A DNA stretch of 64,000 bases from Candidatus Delongbacteria bacterium (GTDB taxonomy: Bacteria > CAIWAD01). A model generated the notes under the pieces. It worked only from the letters and a program-made list of their open reading frames with translations. It was not told the origin of the DNA and ran no database searches. Below, one piece after another: positions 1 through 8,735 of this stretch (its first letter is position 1; each line of letters starts with the position of its first letter). The stretch spans positions 2,464,001 through 2,528,000 of the forward strand of contig OY760505.1 in NCBI GenBank assembly GCA_963663545.1, given 5' to 3'. The translations under genes and the position numbers were made by a program.

Positions 1-1
1 G

Positions 2-1309
2 GCCGGTCGCTATCGCATTCAGCCGATGCAGGCCCAGGTGCTCGAAGACGACCAGCTCACCGTCAAGATGGTCTACATGGGACTGGTTTTCCTGGCTGGC
101 GACAAGACCGAGACCATTCCCGTGCTGGGTGATGTGAACGGTCTGGAGTACACGCTGACCAGCACCCTCAAGCGTCTCACGCAGGACGAACTGCCGCTTG
201 TTGGTGTGATACAGGGCCACGGCGAACCTTCACTGGATGCGCCGATGCAGAACCAGCGCATGATGCCCGCTGGAGATCGTGCTATCGGTACGGTACGTCA
301 GCTGCTGGAGCAAAACTACCGCGTGCAGCCGGTTGAACTCGGCGCCGTGGATGAAATCGACCCGGCCATGAATACTCTGCTGTGGATCAGTCCGCAGGAG
401 GAAGTCGCCACGGCTGATCTTTACAAGATCGACCAGTTCCTGATGCGTGGCGGACGCTTGGGCCTCTTCCTGGATAAGGTCGAGGGCGAATTGCAGACGC
501 AGCAGGCCACGCCCATCAGCGTTGGCGAGCTGGACGATTTCCTCGCGCACCTGGGCATTCGCGTGAATGAGGATCTGGTGGGCGACGTCCATTGCGGCGC
601 CGTACAGGTTCGTCAGCAGGGCGCGCGGGGTCTGGCAGCGCTGATTCCCATCAGCATGCGCTATCCGCTCTTTGTTGAGGTGCTGGATTTCAACGAGGAC
701 CATGCCATCAGTCGCGATCTGGAGAACGCGATGCTGGCTTTCCCCTCTAGTTTGGACACTGCGGCCTTCGCAGCCGCGCGCAGCATGGGCATGAATGTGC
801 AGACCATTGCCCGTTCCAGTGACATGAGCGAAGTACAGACGGGACCGCGTTACGATTTGCAGCCTATGGATCGCATGGACGAGCAGGCCGTGCGTGCGCG
901 CTTCAACGCCGGACCGCAAACCTTGGCCATTTCGATGGAAGGTGCGGCCAGCAGCTATTTCACCGGCAAGGACTTGCCTGAGGGTACTGTGGAAGGCGCC
1001 CAGAGGCTTGACCAGGGCGTGGAGACGCGTATCGCAATGGTGGCCGACGGTGACTTCGCCTGTGACGGCTACGCCCAGCAGGGCAATCTTCTGCTGGTGC
1101 AAAACATCGTGGATTGGCTGAGCCTGGACGAAGGCCTGATCGGCATTCGTGGCAAGACCATTACCACGCGTCCGCTGGACGACCTGAGCGCCGGACAGCG
1201 CAAATTCGTCAAGTGGCTGAACATTCTGCTGCCGCCCATTGTCATCATACTGCTGGGTGTGGGGCGCTGGCTGCGTCGCCGTCGTCGTGCCGATTCCACC
1301 CAGGCCTAA
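2..1309 (+). CDS. GldG-like ABC transporter auxiliary component (ABC_transp_aux); 5'-truncated by the window edge
   Basis: The frame is open from base 2 (AGRYRIQPMQAQV). Motifs 'GHGEP', 'LYKIDQFLMRGGRL', 'NIVDWLS.DEGLI.IR.K...RPL' and a C-terminal TM helix followed by RRRRR are typical of GldG-family proteins. Confidence 0.8.
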   Translation, partial: AGRYRIQPMQAQVLEDDQLTVKMVYMGLVFLAGDKTETIPVLGDVNGLEYTLTSTLKRLTQDELPLVGVIQGHGEPSLDAPMQNQRMMPAGDRAIGTVRQLLEQNYRVQPVELGAVDEIDPAMNTLLWISPQEEVATADLYKIDQFLMRGGRLGLFLDKVEGELQTQQATPISVGELDDFLAHLGIRVNEDLVGDVHCGAVQVRQQGARGLAALIPISMRYPLFVEVLDFNEDHAISRDLENAMLAFPSSLDTAAFAAARSMGMNVQTIARSSDMSEVQTGPRYDLQPMDRMDEQAVRARFNAGPQTLAISMEGAASSYFTGKDLPEGTVEGAQRLDQGVETRIAMVADGDFACDGYAQQGNLLLVQNIVDWLSLDEGLIGIRGKTITTRPLDDLSAGQRKFVKWLNILLPPIVIILLGVGRWLRRRRRADSTQA

Positions 1310-1323
1310 GCAAGGAGCACAAG

Positions 1324-2280
1324 ATGAAGAACAAGAATTTCATCCTGGTGGCGGCCCTGCTGGTACTGGTTGCCGCGATCGCCATTCCCAAGTTGATGCC
1401 GGAGAAGAAAAACTATCCAGACAAGCTGGCTGAGCTGGATTCCCTGGCAATTGATTTTATCCAGGTCAGTTCCGGTGATGGTGCCATCACCTTGCAGCGC
1501 AGTGGTGATACATGGCGTATCACGGATCCAATTGCCTACGACGCAGAACAGGGTACTATCGAACGCATACTGGGGCAGTTGTGTCACCTGGATGTTGTAG
1601 CCCTGACCAGTGAGAACCCAGATTACTCGCAGGACGATCGATACGAACTCGGTGATACACAGGCCGTACGCATCAAAGTGCAGGCTGGCGGGACACAGAT
1701 GATGGACGCACGTCTGGGCAAGGCAAGCCAGGACAATTCGAACGGCTTTGCCCGTCTCGAGAACGACTCTCGCATCTACCGTACTGCACAACCGCTGAAG
1801 ATGCGCTTTTCTACGGATCCTTCGCGCTGGATCAAGCGTGATCGTCCCATGGAGAACCTGGACGATTTGGAGCGATTGGTGCTTGAACGCAAAGGCGATC
1901 TGGGAACGCTGACCTTTGCCAAGGCCGACAGTGTCTGGCAAGTCAGTTGGACCGATGGCCGCGGACGTAGCAAGTGGAGTAACGAAGCCGTCAACGAGTC
2001 GCAGTTCAATACAGCGCGTACGCACATGAACAACATGCGTATTGCCGGATTGGCCGATGCCGAGAAGACGGCGCTATTGAATGAGCACGAGATTCTTTTG
2101 ACCTCGCGTGCTTTCTGGGCCGACGGCAAAGAGCACGTGGTCGAGTGGGTTCAGGACAAGGATTTGAGCCCGGACCGTGTGTATGCGCGCATCGATGGTG
2201 AGGATCTTTGGTACGAGATGTACCGCTACGAGTTTGACAAACTCAACAAGGCCGCCGACGAGTATCGGCTAAGTGAGTAG
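1324..2280 (+). CDS. DUF4340 domain protein (partner of the GldG-like ABC module)
   Basis: An AAGGAG RBS precedes the ATG at 1324. It has an N-terminal TM anchor and 'ITLQRSGDTWRITDPIAYDA...YELG' motifs, and lies directly after the GldG-like gene. Confidence 0.7.
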   Translation: MKNKNFILVAALLVLVAAIAIPKLMPEKKNYPDKLAELDSLAIDFIQVSSGDGAITLQRSGDTWRITDPIAYDAEQGTIERILGQLCHLDVVALTSENPDYSQDDRYELGDTQAVRIKVQAGGTQMMDARLGKASQDNSNGFARLENDSRIYRTAQPLKMRFSTDPSRWIKRDRPMENLDDLERLVLERKGDLGTLTFAKADSVWQVSWTDGRGRSKWSNEAVNESQFNTARTHMNNMRIAGLADAEKTALLNEHEILLTSRAFWADGKEHVVEWVQDKDLSPDRVYARIDGEDLWYEMYRYEFDKLNKAADEYRLSE

Positions 2281-2286
2281 CCTTCC

Positions 2287-2315
2287 AAGGCCGCCTGCGG
2301 GCGGCCTTTTCTTTT
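2287..2315 (+). terminator. Rho-independent terminator
   Basis: AAGGCCGCC-TGCG-GGCGGCCTT followed by TTCTTTT. Confidence 0.85.
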
Positions 2316-2384
2316 CCATGCGTTCCTAATGCTTGTTCTGCGCTGCGGATGTGACACTTTGTTAGTGCGTGATACGGAGGCTCC

Positions 2385-2858
2385 ATGCACTTTGCCGCTC
2401 CCTTTGGTGGAATCATTAGCGTACTACCGATGCTGCCGAACCTGCTCTGGATGTTGCTCCCCGGCAAAGCTGTCGACGCGGTAATTGTGAAGCCGCGCTG
2501 GCTGGAGTGGGCCGAACAGGCTGCGCGGCTGCCACTTATACTGTTGCCCTTTTGGTTTCCCCTGCAAATCAGCACGCACCTTCAGCTCGGGGCTGCCGGA
2601 GGTGCCCTGTTCTGCCTGTTGCTGTACTACGGCTTATGGCTTCGGTATTTTTTAGGCGGTCGGGTTCAGCAGGACCTATTTCGTAGCTGTTGTGGACTCC
2701 CGTATCCCATGGCTGTCATTCCCTGCCTATATTTCCTGCTGTGCACTGCCCTTCTTCATGTCGTGCTGCTAGTGCCGGCAGTCCTTTTTAGCGTGTTTCA
2801 TCTACTTGTGACACATCGATCGGCAGGGGAAGCACTTGCCCCTTCAACGTTGAGGTGA
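2385..2858 (+). CDS. Hypothetical integral membrane protein
   Basis: GGAGG RBS and 4-5 hydrophobic segments. Confidence 0.65.
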   Translation: MHFAAPFGGIISVLPMLPNLLWMLLPGKAVDAVIVKPRWLEWAEQAARLPLILLPFWFPLQISTHLQLGAAGGALFCLLLYYGLWLRYFLGGRVQQDLFRSCCGLPYPMAVIPCLYFLLCTALLHVVLLVPAVLFSVFHLLVTHRSAGEALAPSTLR

Positions 2859-2883
2859 CACAGGTCCAACCAGGGAGATCCAC

Positions 2884-3840
2884 ATGCTCAGGGTTTTCGT
2901 TTCTCTCCTATTGATCGGGAGTTCGTTTGCTGGCCCCTTGGCTGGGCTGGGGGATCCACCTGACAAAGCCGAGCCCCTTCCCATTCCTGGTATCAACACG
3001 GGGCTCTACGAGCGCGATGTGGCCATTAGCGCCGACGGTCGTGAGTTGTACTACGGTCTGCTGCACAAAGACTACGCTGTTATAGCAAACAGCGTGTATC
3101 ACGGAGGAAGCTGGAGCGAACCCGAGGTGGCCACTGCTTTTCGTGGCGCACAGGGCATGAACCTGGAAGCGCATATCACTCCCGATGGATCACGCTTGAT
3201 GTTTTTGTCTACACGCCGACAAGGCGGCGACGATCCCGAGCCGGGCTTGATGAATCAGGACATCTGGGTGATGGATCGTGAGGGCGATGGATGGGGCAAG
3301 GCCTGGAATCTGGGAGCACCCGTCAACAGCGAGAAACCTGAGTACTTCCCTTCTGTGACACGCGATGGAACCCTGTATTTCACGCGCGAAGAGGAGCCCC
3401 GCCGAAACGCGCTCTACCGCGCGATAACCTCCAACGGCAGCTACGTGGATGTGGAGCGCATGCCCGACGAAATCAATTCGGCGGCTCCCTACAACACCTG
3501 TGTATCACCGGATGGTTCTTACGTGATTGCCTGTGCGCACACTGAGGATTGCATCGGCAATACCGACTATTGTGTTTCCTTTCAGCTGCCCGATGGCACC
3601 TGGACTCCTTTGCGCAGCCTGGGTGAGAGCGTGAACCGCCCTGGCAGCACAGCCATATCTCCTTCCCTTTCCGCCGATGGAAGCACCTTGTTCTTTTCTG
3701 CAGCCTGGAGCGAAAAACTACCCGACGACTTTGCGCTGGCGGAGCTGATCGCCAGGAATTGTAGGGCAGGCGGTGGTAGCTATGACCTCTACTGGATTTC
3801 CACTGCATTTATTGATGCACTGCGGCCGCAAGCTGAGTAG
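2884..3840 (+). CDS. Secreted PD40/WD40-like (TolB-type) beta-propeller protein
   Basis: Signal peptide plus repeated motifs 'ISADGRELYY', 'ITPDGSRLMF', 'NLGAPVNS..PEYFPSVTRDGTLYF' and 'SPSLSADGSTLFF'. Confidence 0.8.
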   Translation: MLRVFVSLLLIGSSFAGPLAGLGDPPDKAEPLPIPGINTGLYERDVAISADGRELYYGLLHKDYAVIANSVYHGGSWSEPEVATAFRGAQGMNLEAHITPDGSRLMFLSTRRQGGDDPEPGLMNQDIWVMDREGDGWGKAWNLGAPVNSEKPEYFPSVTRDGTLYFTREEEPRRNALYRAITSNGSYVDVERMPDEINSAAPYNTCVSPDGSYVIACAHTEDCIGNTDYCVSFQLPDGTWTPLRSLGESVNRPGSTAISPSLSADGSTLFFSAAWSEKLPDDFALAELIARNCRAGGGSYDLYWISTAFIDALRPQAE

Positions 3841-3861
3841 CCGCTTCCGGCGGGAGACACA

Positions 3862-5190
3862 ATGTCCTTCGATCGTGTTTTGATACGTGGTGCTTCCCTC
3901 TGGAGCGATCAGGAGTGGCAGCAGCTAGATCTGCAGATTAGTGCAGGCAAGATTGTGGCTGTGGCGGAGTGCCTGCCGTACGAGGGCGGTGCTACAATTG
4001 ATGCCGGGGGCTTGCTGATGCTTCCCGGCGTAATTGATGCGCACGTTCATTTTCGTGAACCCGGTTTGGAGCACAAAGAGGATTTTATCAGCGGAAGCAT
4101 GGCTGCCGTCGCGGGTGGTGTTACAAGTGTGCTTGAGATGCCCAACAGTCGGCCGCCGACAACGATGGGGTCTGCGCTGCAGGACAAACTGGCGCGAGCG
4201 GCAGGAAGAATGGCCTGTGACTACGCGTTCTTTGTAGGCGCTGCCGCCGACAACTTGCAGCAGCTGGCGGACCTGGAGCAGATGGCGGGATGTGCAGGAA
4301 TCAAGATTTTCATGGGCAGTTCGACGGGTAATCTGTTGCTCGATGACGGTGCAATGCTGCGTGCTGCGCTCCGCGCTGGATGCCGCCGAGTTGCCGTGCA
4401 TGCTGAGGATGAAGGCCGATTGCGCAAGCTGCAGGCCGATGAGCCCGAACCAGAGAATGTATCACGGCATCCCTTTTTGCGTGATGAACGTGCAGCCGAA
4501 ATAGCAACCGAAAGGCTTATCCGCCTGGTGCGTGAGACACAGCGCCCCGCGCATTTGTTGCACGTCTCCACAGCGGGCGAAGTTGAGCTGTTGCGGCGCG
4601 AGCGCAACAATCCACTTTTAACGGCCGAAGTCACGCCTCAGCATCTGTTGCTGGAAGCTCCGCAGTGTTACATAAGTCTGGGAACACGGGCGCAGATGAA
4701 TCCGCCCATTCGCGAGGCAGAACATCGTCGTGCCTTGTGGTGTGGTCTCCACGACGGCGTGTTCCAAACCATGGGCAGCGATCATGCGCCGCACACGCTC
4801 GAGGAAAAGGCGCGCCCCTATCCTACTTCTCCTTCAGGTATGCCTGGCGTGGAGACGATGCTGCCGCTGATGCTGGACTGCATGCTTCGCGAAGAGCTTA
4901 GTCCCGACATTGTGATTCGATTGTTGTGCAGCGGTCCAGCGGCCGTGTGGCGCATTCAGCACAAAGGAAGTCTGCACCCTGGAAACGACGCGGACCTCGT
5001 TCTGGTTGATCCAAAAGCAGAGTACACCGTGAAAGCAAGCCGTCTGCATAGTCGAGCAGGTTGGAGTGCTTTTGAGGGGCGCCAACTGCGAGGTCGCATC
5101 GTTCGCACTATTCTCCGCGGCATGACAGTGTATCACGAAGGAGACTTCCCCGTTGATCCAATGGGAAAGGTGCTGCGTTTCGAGGAGTAG
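3862..5190 (+). CDS. pyrC: Dihydroorotase (amidohydrolase superfamily)
   Basis: Motifs 'PGVIDAHVHFREPG', 'GGVTSVLEMPN', 'HAEDE', 'MNPPIR', 'GSDHAPH' and 'SGMPGVE'. Confidence 0.85.
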   Translation: MSFDRVLIRGASLWSDQEWQQLDLQISAGKIVAVAECLPYEGGATIDAGGLLMLPGVIDAHVHFREPGLEHKEDFISGSMAAVAGGVTSVLEMPNSRPPTTMGSALQDKLARAAGRMACDYAFFVGAAADNLQQLADLEQMAGCAGIKIFMGSSTGNLLLDDGAMLRAALRAGCRRVAVHAEDEGRLRKLQADEPEPENVSRHPFLRDERAAEIATERLIRLVRETQRPAHLLHVSTAGEVELLRRERNNPLLTAEVTPQHLLLEAPQCYISLGTRAQMNPPIREAEHRRALWCGLHDGVFQTMGSDHAPHTLEEKARPYPTSPSGMPGVETMLPLMLDCMLREELSPDIVIRLLCSGPAAVWRIQHKGSLHPGNDADLVLVDPKAEYTVKASRLHSRAGWSAFEGRQLRGRIVRTILRGMTVYHEGDFPVDPMGKVLRFEE

Positions 5191-5302
5191 ACTGCGTTTC
5201 AAGGTAGAATACAGCCGCGCGGTGATGCAGGTGGTCCCGCAGGATTCCTACTTTGTACGCCTGTTGTCGAAGAACCGGTCTTCACTGCAAAAGGATGCAT
5301 TT

Positions 5303-5890
5303 ATGACTGCCGCCAATTGGCTGACCGCTGCCCGCATTTTCATGAGCCCCTTCTTTGTGCTGATCTTTGTGCAGGAAGGGCTTTGGGCGCGTATCGCGGC
5401 TCTGCTGCTGATCATCGCTTCGGAGCTGACGGATGCATTTGACGGAGCCCTGGCTCGCAAGCGTGGTGAGGTAACGGATTTTGGCAAGCTGCTGGACCCG
5501 TTGGCCGATTCCATCAGTCGTATCACGGTCTTTGTTGCCTTCATGTGGAGCGGCCTGATTCCCTGGTGGATGCTGCTGGTCTTTATCTATCGTGACAGCA
5601 CAGTGGCCACCATGCGCACTATTTGTGCCTATCGTGGCGAAGTGGTCGCTGCCCGTGTTTCGGGCAAGATCAAAGCCATTGTTCAGGCCACGGCCATCAT
5701 CACCATTCTTGTCGCACGCATTGCAAACAGCCTGTTTCCGCAGTACCTGGCCGACGGTTTTGTGTCACAACTCGCCTGGTGGTTGATGCTGGTGACTTCC
5801 CTTTACACCTTGTATTCGCTCTATGAGTACCTGAATGCAAATCGCCACATCTGGCTGAAGGCTGCCCAAGTGCGAGGGAGCGAGAACTGA
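5303..5890 (+). CDS. pgsA: CDP-diacylglycerol--glycerol-3-phosphate 3-phosphatidyltransferase
   Basis: 'ANWLTAARI' and the CDP-alcohol phosphotransferase motif 'TDAFDGALARKRGEVTDFGKLLDPLAD'. I moved the start to the ATG at 5303. Confidence 0.85.
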   Translation: MTAANWLTAARIFMSPFFVLIFVQEGLWARIAALLLIIASELTDAFDGALARKRGEVTDFGKLLDPLADSISRITVFVAFMWSGLIPWWMLLVFIYRDSTVATMRTICAYRGEVVAARVSGKIKAIVQATAIITILVARIANSLFPQYLADGFVSQLAWWLMLVTSLYTLYSLYEYLNANRHIWLKAAQVRGSEN

Positions 5891-6690
5891 TGCGGGTGCC
5901 TCAGTCGCTGACGCAGCTTCCGCTGGAGCGTGCGTCCGCTGTTCGTTGCCTTTTTACGGATATTGATGACACCATCTCTACTGACGGGCGTATCACGGCT
6001 GAGGCCTATGACGCACTCTGGCGGGCTCACAACGCTGGCCTGCTGGTTGTGCCGGTAACTGGCCGGCCTGCTGGTTGGTGCGACCACATTGCGCGCATGT
6101 GGCCTGTGCACGGCGTTATTGGCGAAAACGGCGGCTTGGTGTTTCGCATGGCAGAGGGGCGCATGACACGCCACTTTGTCTATGATGATGTAACACGAGC
6201 GGACTTTCGGCAACGCTTGGTGGCGGTGCGCGAGGAGATTTTGCGTCAGGTGCCCGGTGTTGGTATCGCCAGTGATCAGCAGTATCGAGAGTATGATCTG
6301 GCAATTGATTTCTGCGAGGATGTTCCGGCACTTCCGCGTGAGGAGGTGCTTCTCATTCAGCAGATATTCGAAGCCCATGGCGCCACTGCGAAAATCAGCT
6401 CCATTCACGTCAATGGTTGGTATGGCGAGTTTGACAAGCTGAGTGCGGCCAAAGACTACATGCGCCAATTTCTTGGCTGTGATCCAGAGCAGGATCGTGA
6501 TACATGTGCTTTTGCCGGCGATAGCCCGAATGACGAACCCATGTTCGGCTACTTCACAAATACGTCGTTTGGTGTGGCCAATCTGCAGCGTTTTCTGGAT
6601 CTGCTTGTATCACCGCCTACATTCATTGCACGGGGAGAAGGCGGATCCGGCTTCTGCGAAATTGTGGACGCGTTGTTATCCGCCCGTTAG
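5890..6690 (+). CDS. HAD-IIB family hydrolase/phosphatase
   Basis: Motifs 'FTDIDDTI', 'VTGRPAGW', 'ENGG', 'DK' and 'GDSPNDEPMF'. The start overlaps the pgsA stop (TGATG). Confidence 0.85.
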   Translation: MRVPQSLTQLPLERASAVRCLFTDIDDTISTDGRITAEAYDALWRAHNAGLLVVPVTGRPAGWCDHIARMWPVHGVIGENGGLVFRMAEGRMTRHFVYDDVTRADFRQRLVAVREEILRQVPGVGIASDQQYREYDLAIDFCEDVPALPREEVLLIQQIFEAHGATAKISSIHVNGWYGEFDKLSAAKDYMRQFLGCDPEQDRDTCAFAGDSPNDEPMFGYFTNTSFGVANLQRFLDLLVSPPTFIARGEGGSGFCEIVDALLSAR

Positions 6691-8735
6691 TGCTGTACCA
6701 GGAATTGCACACACTCGTCTGTTCCGCATCCCTTTCGTGACAGCAGATAGATCCCGCTAGCCAGCGAAGACGCGGCGAACTGGAACTCGTGAAAACCGGG
6801 TTCATTGATGAAAACGCTGCGACGCAGAATGCGCCGTCCAAGTAAATCCGTGATACACAACTCAAGATTTCCTGCCAGGGTAACAGCCACTTGTACGTTG
6901 ATTGCAGCGTCTGCAGGGTTGGGAAAACAATGCAGTGAAGTGGAATCAATGGCCTCCACAGTAGAGAGTTCAAGTTGGCTGACGCCACCCTGTGCGTCGG
7001 CAATCAGGATGTCTCCCTGCTGAGTGGCGCATGCAAGAAGCGGCGATCGCGGGAGCCTCACCCATAGCGGCGTAGTGTCACTTGTTCCGGAGGGATACCA
7101 GCAGGCACGATGAGGGTTCTGTTGTGCGAGCACAACTCCGGAAGAAATGCAGCCCGCTGACCAGCGTGCATTGCTGGCCGACCACGAAGCCAACTCGGAA
7201 AACTCCACATCGGAGTCGTGATGCAAAAGGCGCGCTTCAGTCGGTGTCACAAGCAGTAGACTGTCGCCATGTACGACCAATTGCAGGATGCTATCTGCCG
7301 CCACGGTGATCGGATGACAGACAGGATGTAGCACGTCGCGGGCATCGACTACGCTGAGCATTGCGTCCGGACTGCCGATCAGCAACAGACTGTCCTGCCA
7401 GCAGACGGCGGACGGCGTGTGCCCAGTGGGTAAGTGACCAAAATGAAGAAGATCCCAGGGGCTACGCTGAATGCCCTTGATGGCCACATAGCCTGTAGGG
7501 GTTACGTAACCGATCAATCCGCCAGGGCCAAGTGATACAAGGGCCAGCTCGTCATTGAAATGCAGGCCGCGCAGAATCAGCGAATCCCCGTCCAGCTCGT
7601 AGTAGCGCAAACCATTGCCTTCGCTGCAGGTGGCCAGCACTCCGTTACGTAAATCACCGCCGCGCACGGGAGTGGGCTGCGGGGCACGAAGCGTTTCCGA
7701 CCATTCTGCATCGGGTAAAAGCACGCGCCATCCCAGCGACTGATCCAGCAACCAGCATGCGTCATGGTCGCCAAATGGTGCCGACAGTATTGCAAGGGGC
7801 ACTGCGGGCGCCGCCAGTTGCCCAAGCGTCTGCAGTTCGACTCCTCCACCCGCATTCATCGAAGCGCGCATCAGCCTACAGTGACCGTTTCCTGAAGCCA
7901 GTAGAGTGTCGCCGTTGATAGCAAACTGAGTGGCTCCCAAACTTTCGGAACGGCGTAACACGCGGGGAGGAGAGGTCTCGGTGTCCAAACAGCACAAGGA
8001 TCCCGAAGCGTCAACGGACCAGATCAACCCGTCGCGCCAATGCTTGGCTTGAAGAAGTGGAGAGCCTAAACTGTCCTGGCACCAGGTCGGATGGGGGTCA
8101 TGGTAGTAGAGTCGCCAGAAGGTGCCGGTGGAATCACTTGCCAGCAATTGGTCACCCGTGTCACAGAGTAGGTGTTGCGGGACCTGTTCCTTGCCGAATG
8201 ATAGAAGAGTAGCTCCGGTGATGTGATACAGTGAGTCGCCGTCGGTTGTCCAAACTTGGTTTTCGCCAACACAGAGCCCGTCGAGATTTTCATGTGATAC
8301 AAGAATATGGCTGCTGGTTGTGATACAATGCAAGCCCTTCTTGTCCACAACCCAGGCTGTATCAGATCTGGCTTGTATTGCGGATGCACCTTCCAGCTGG
8401 AGTTCCAGCGGAAGATACGCAGAGACACTGGTGTTGTAATACGCGCAATCCAGCTCCTGCAGCAGCCAACTCTGCTGAGCATTTCCAGCCAGACCGACGA
8501 TGGAGCCGAGATGGAAGGAGGATGCCCGTCGAGGACGTGTTGGTGTTGACAGATCGAAAAAATCCACTCGAGCTGAATCCGATAGAAAGGCAGCTGCGCT
8601 GCCCAGGGAACCCATGTACGGGTTCAAGGGCAGTGTCCCGTCGCTAAGGCGGAAACGGTTGGGCGTTGCAAGCAAAGTGGCGCTGCTAGAGAGCAGCGCC
8701 ACCAGTAGAAGACTTAGGGTAGCTGGACGGATCAT
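6687..8735 (-). CDS. Secreted beta-propeller-like protein with a T9SS/FlgD-type C-terminal domain
   Basis: Signal peptide, beta-rich repeats and the C-terminal segment 'FPNPA...ITDLLGR...SLASGIYLL'. The start overlaps the stop of the M1 peptidase gene. Confidence 0.65.
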   Translation of the reverse strand: MIRPATLSLLLVALLSSSATLLATPNRFRLSDGTLPLNPYMGSLGSAAAFLSDSARVDFFDLSTPTRPRRASSFHLGSIVGLAGNAQQSWLLQELDCAYYNTSVSAYLPLELQLEGASAIQARSDTAWVVDKKGLHCITTSSHILVSHENLDGLCVGENQVWTTDGDSLYHITGATLLSFGKEQVPQHLLCDTGDQLLASDSTGTFWRLYYHDPHPTWCQDSLGSPLLQAKHWRDGLIWSVDASGSLCCLDTETSPPRVLRRSESLGATQFAINGDTLLASGNGHCRLMRASMNAGGGVELQTLGQLAAPAVPLAILSAPFGDHDACWLLDQSLGWRVLLPDAEWSETLRAPQPTPVRGGDLRNGVLATCSEGNGLRYYELDGDSLILRGLHFNDELALVSLGPGGLIGYVTPTGYVAIKGIQRSPWDLLHFGHLPTGHTPSAVCWQDSLLLIGSPDAMLSVVDARDVLHPVCHPITVAADSILQLVVHGDSLLLVTPTEARLLHHDSDVEFSELASWSASNARWSAGCISSGVVLAQQNPHRACWYPSGTSDTTPLWVRLPRSPLLACATQQGDILIADAQGGVSQLELSTVEAIDSTSLHCFPNPADAAINVQVAVTLAGNLELCITDLLGRRILRRSVFINEPGFHEFQFAASSLASGIYLLSRKGCGTDECVQFLVQH

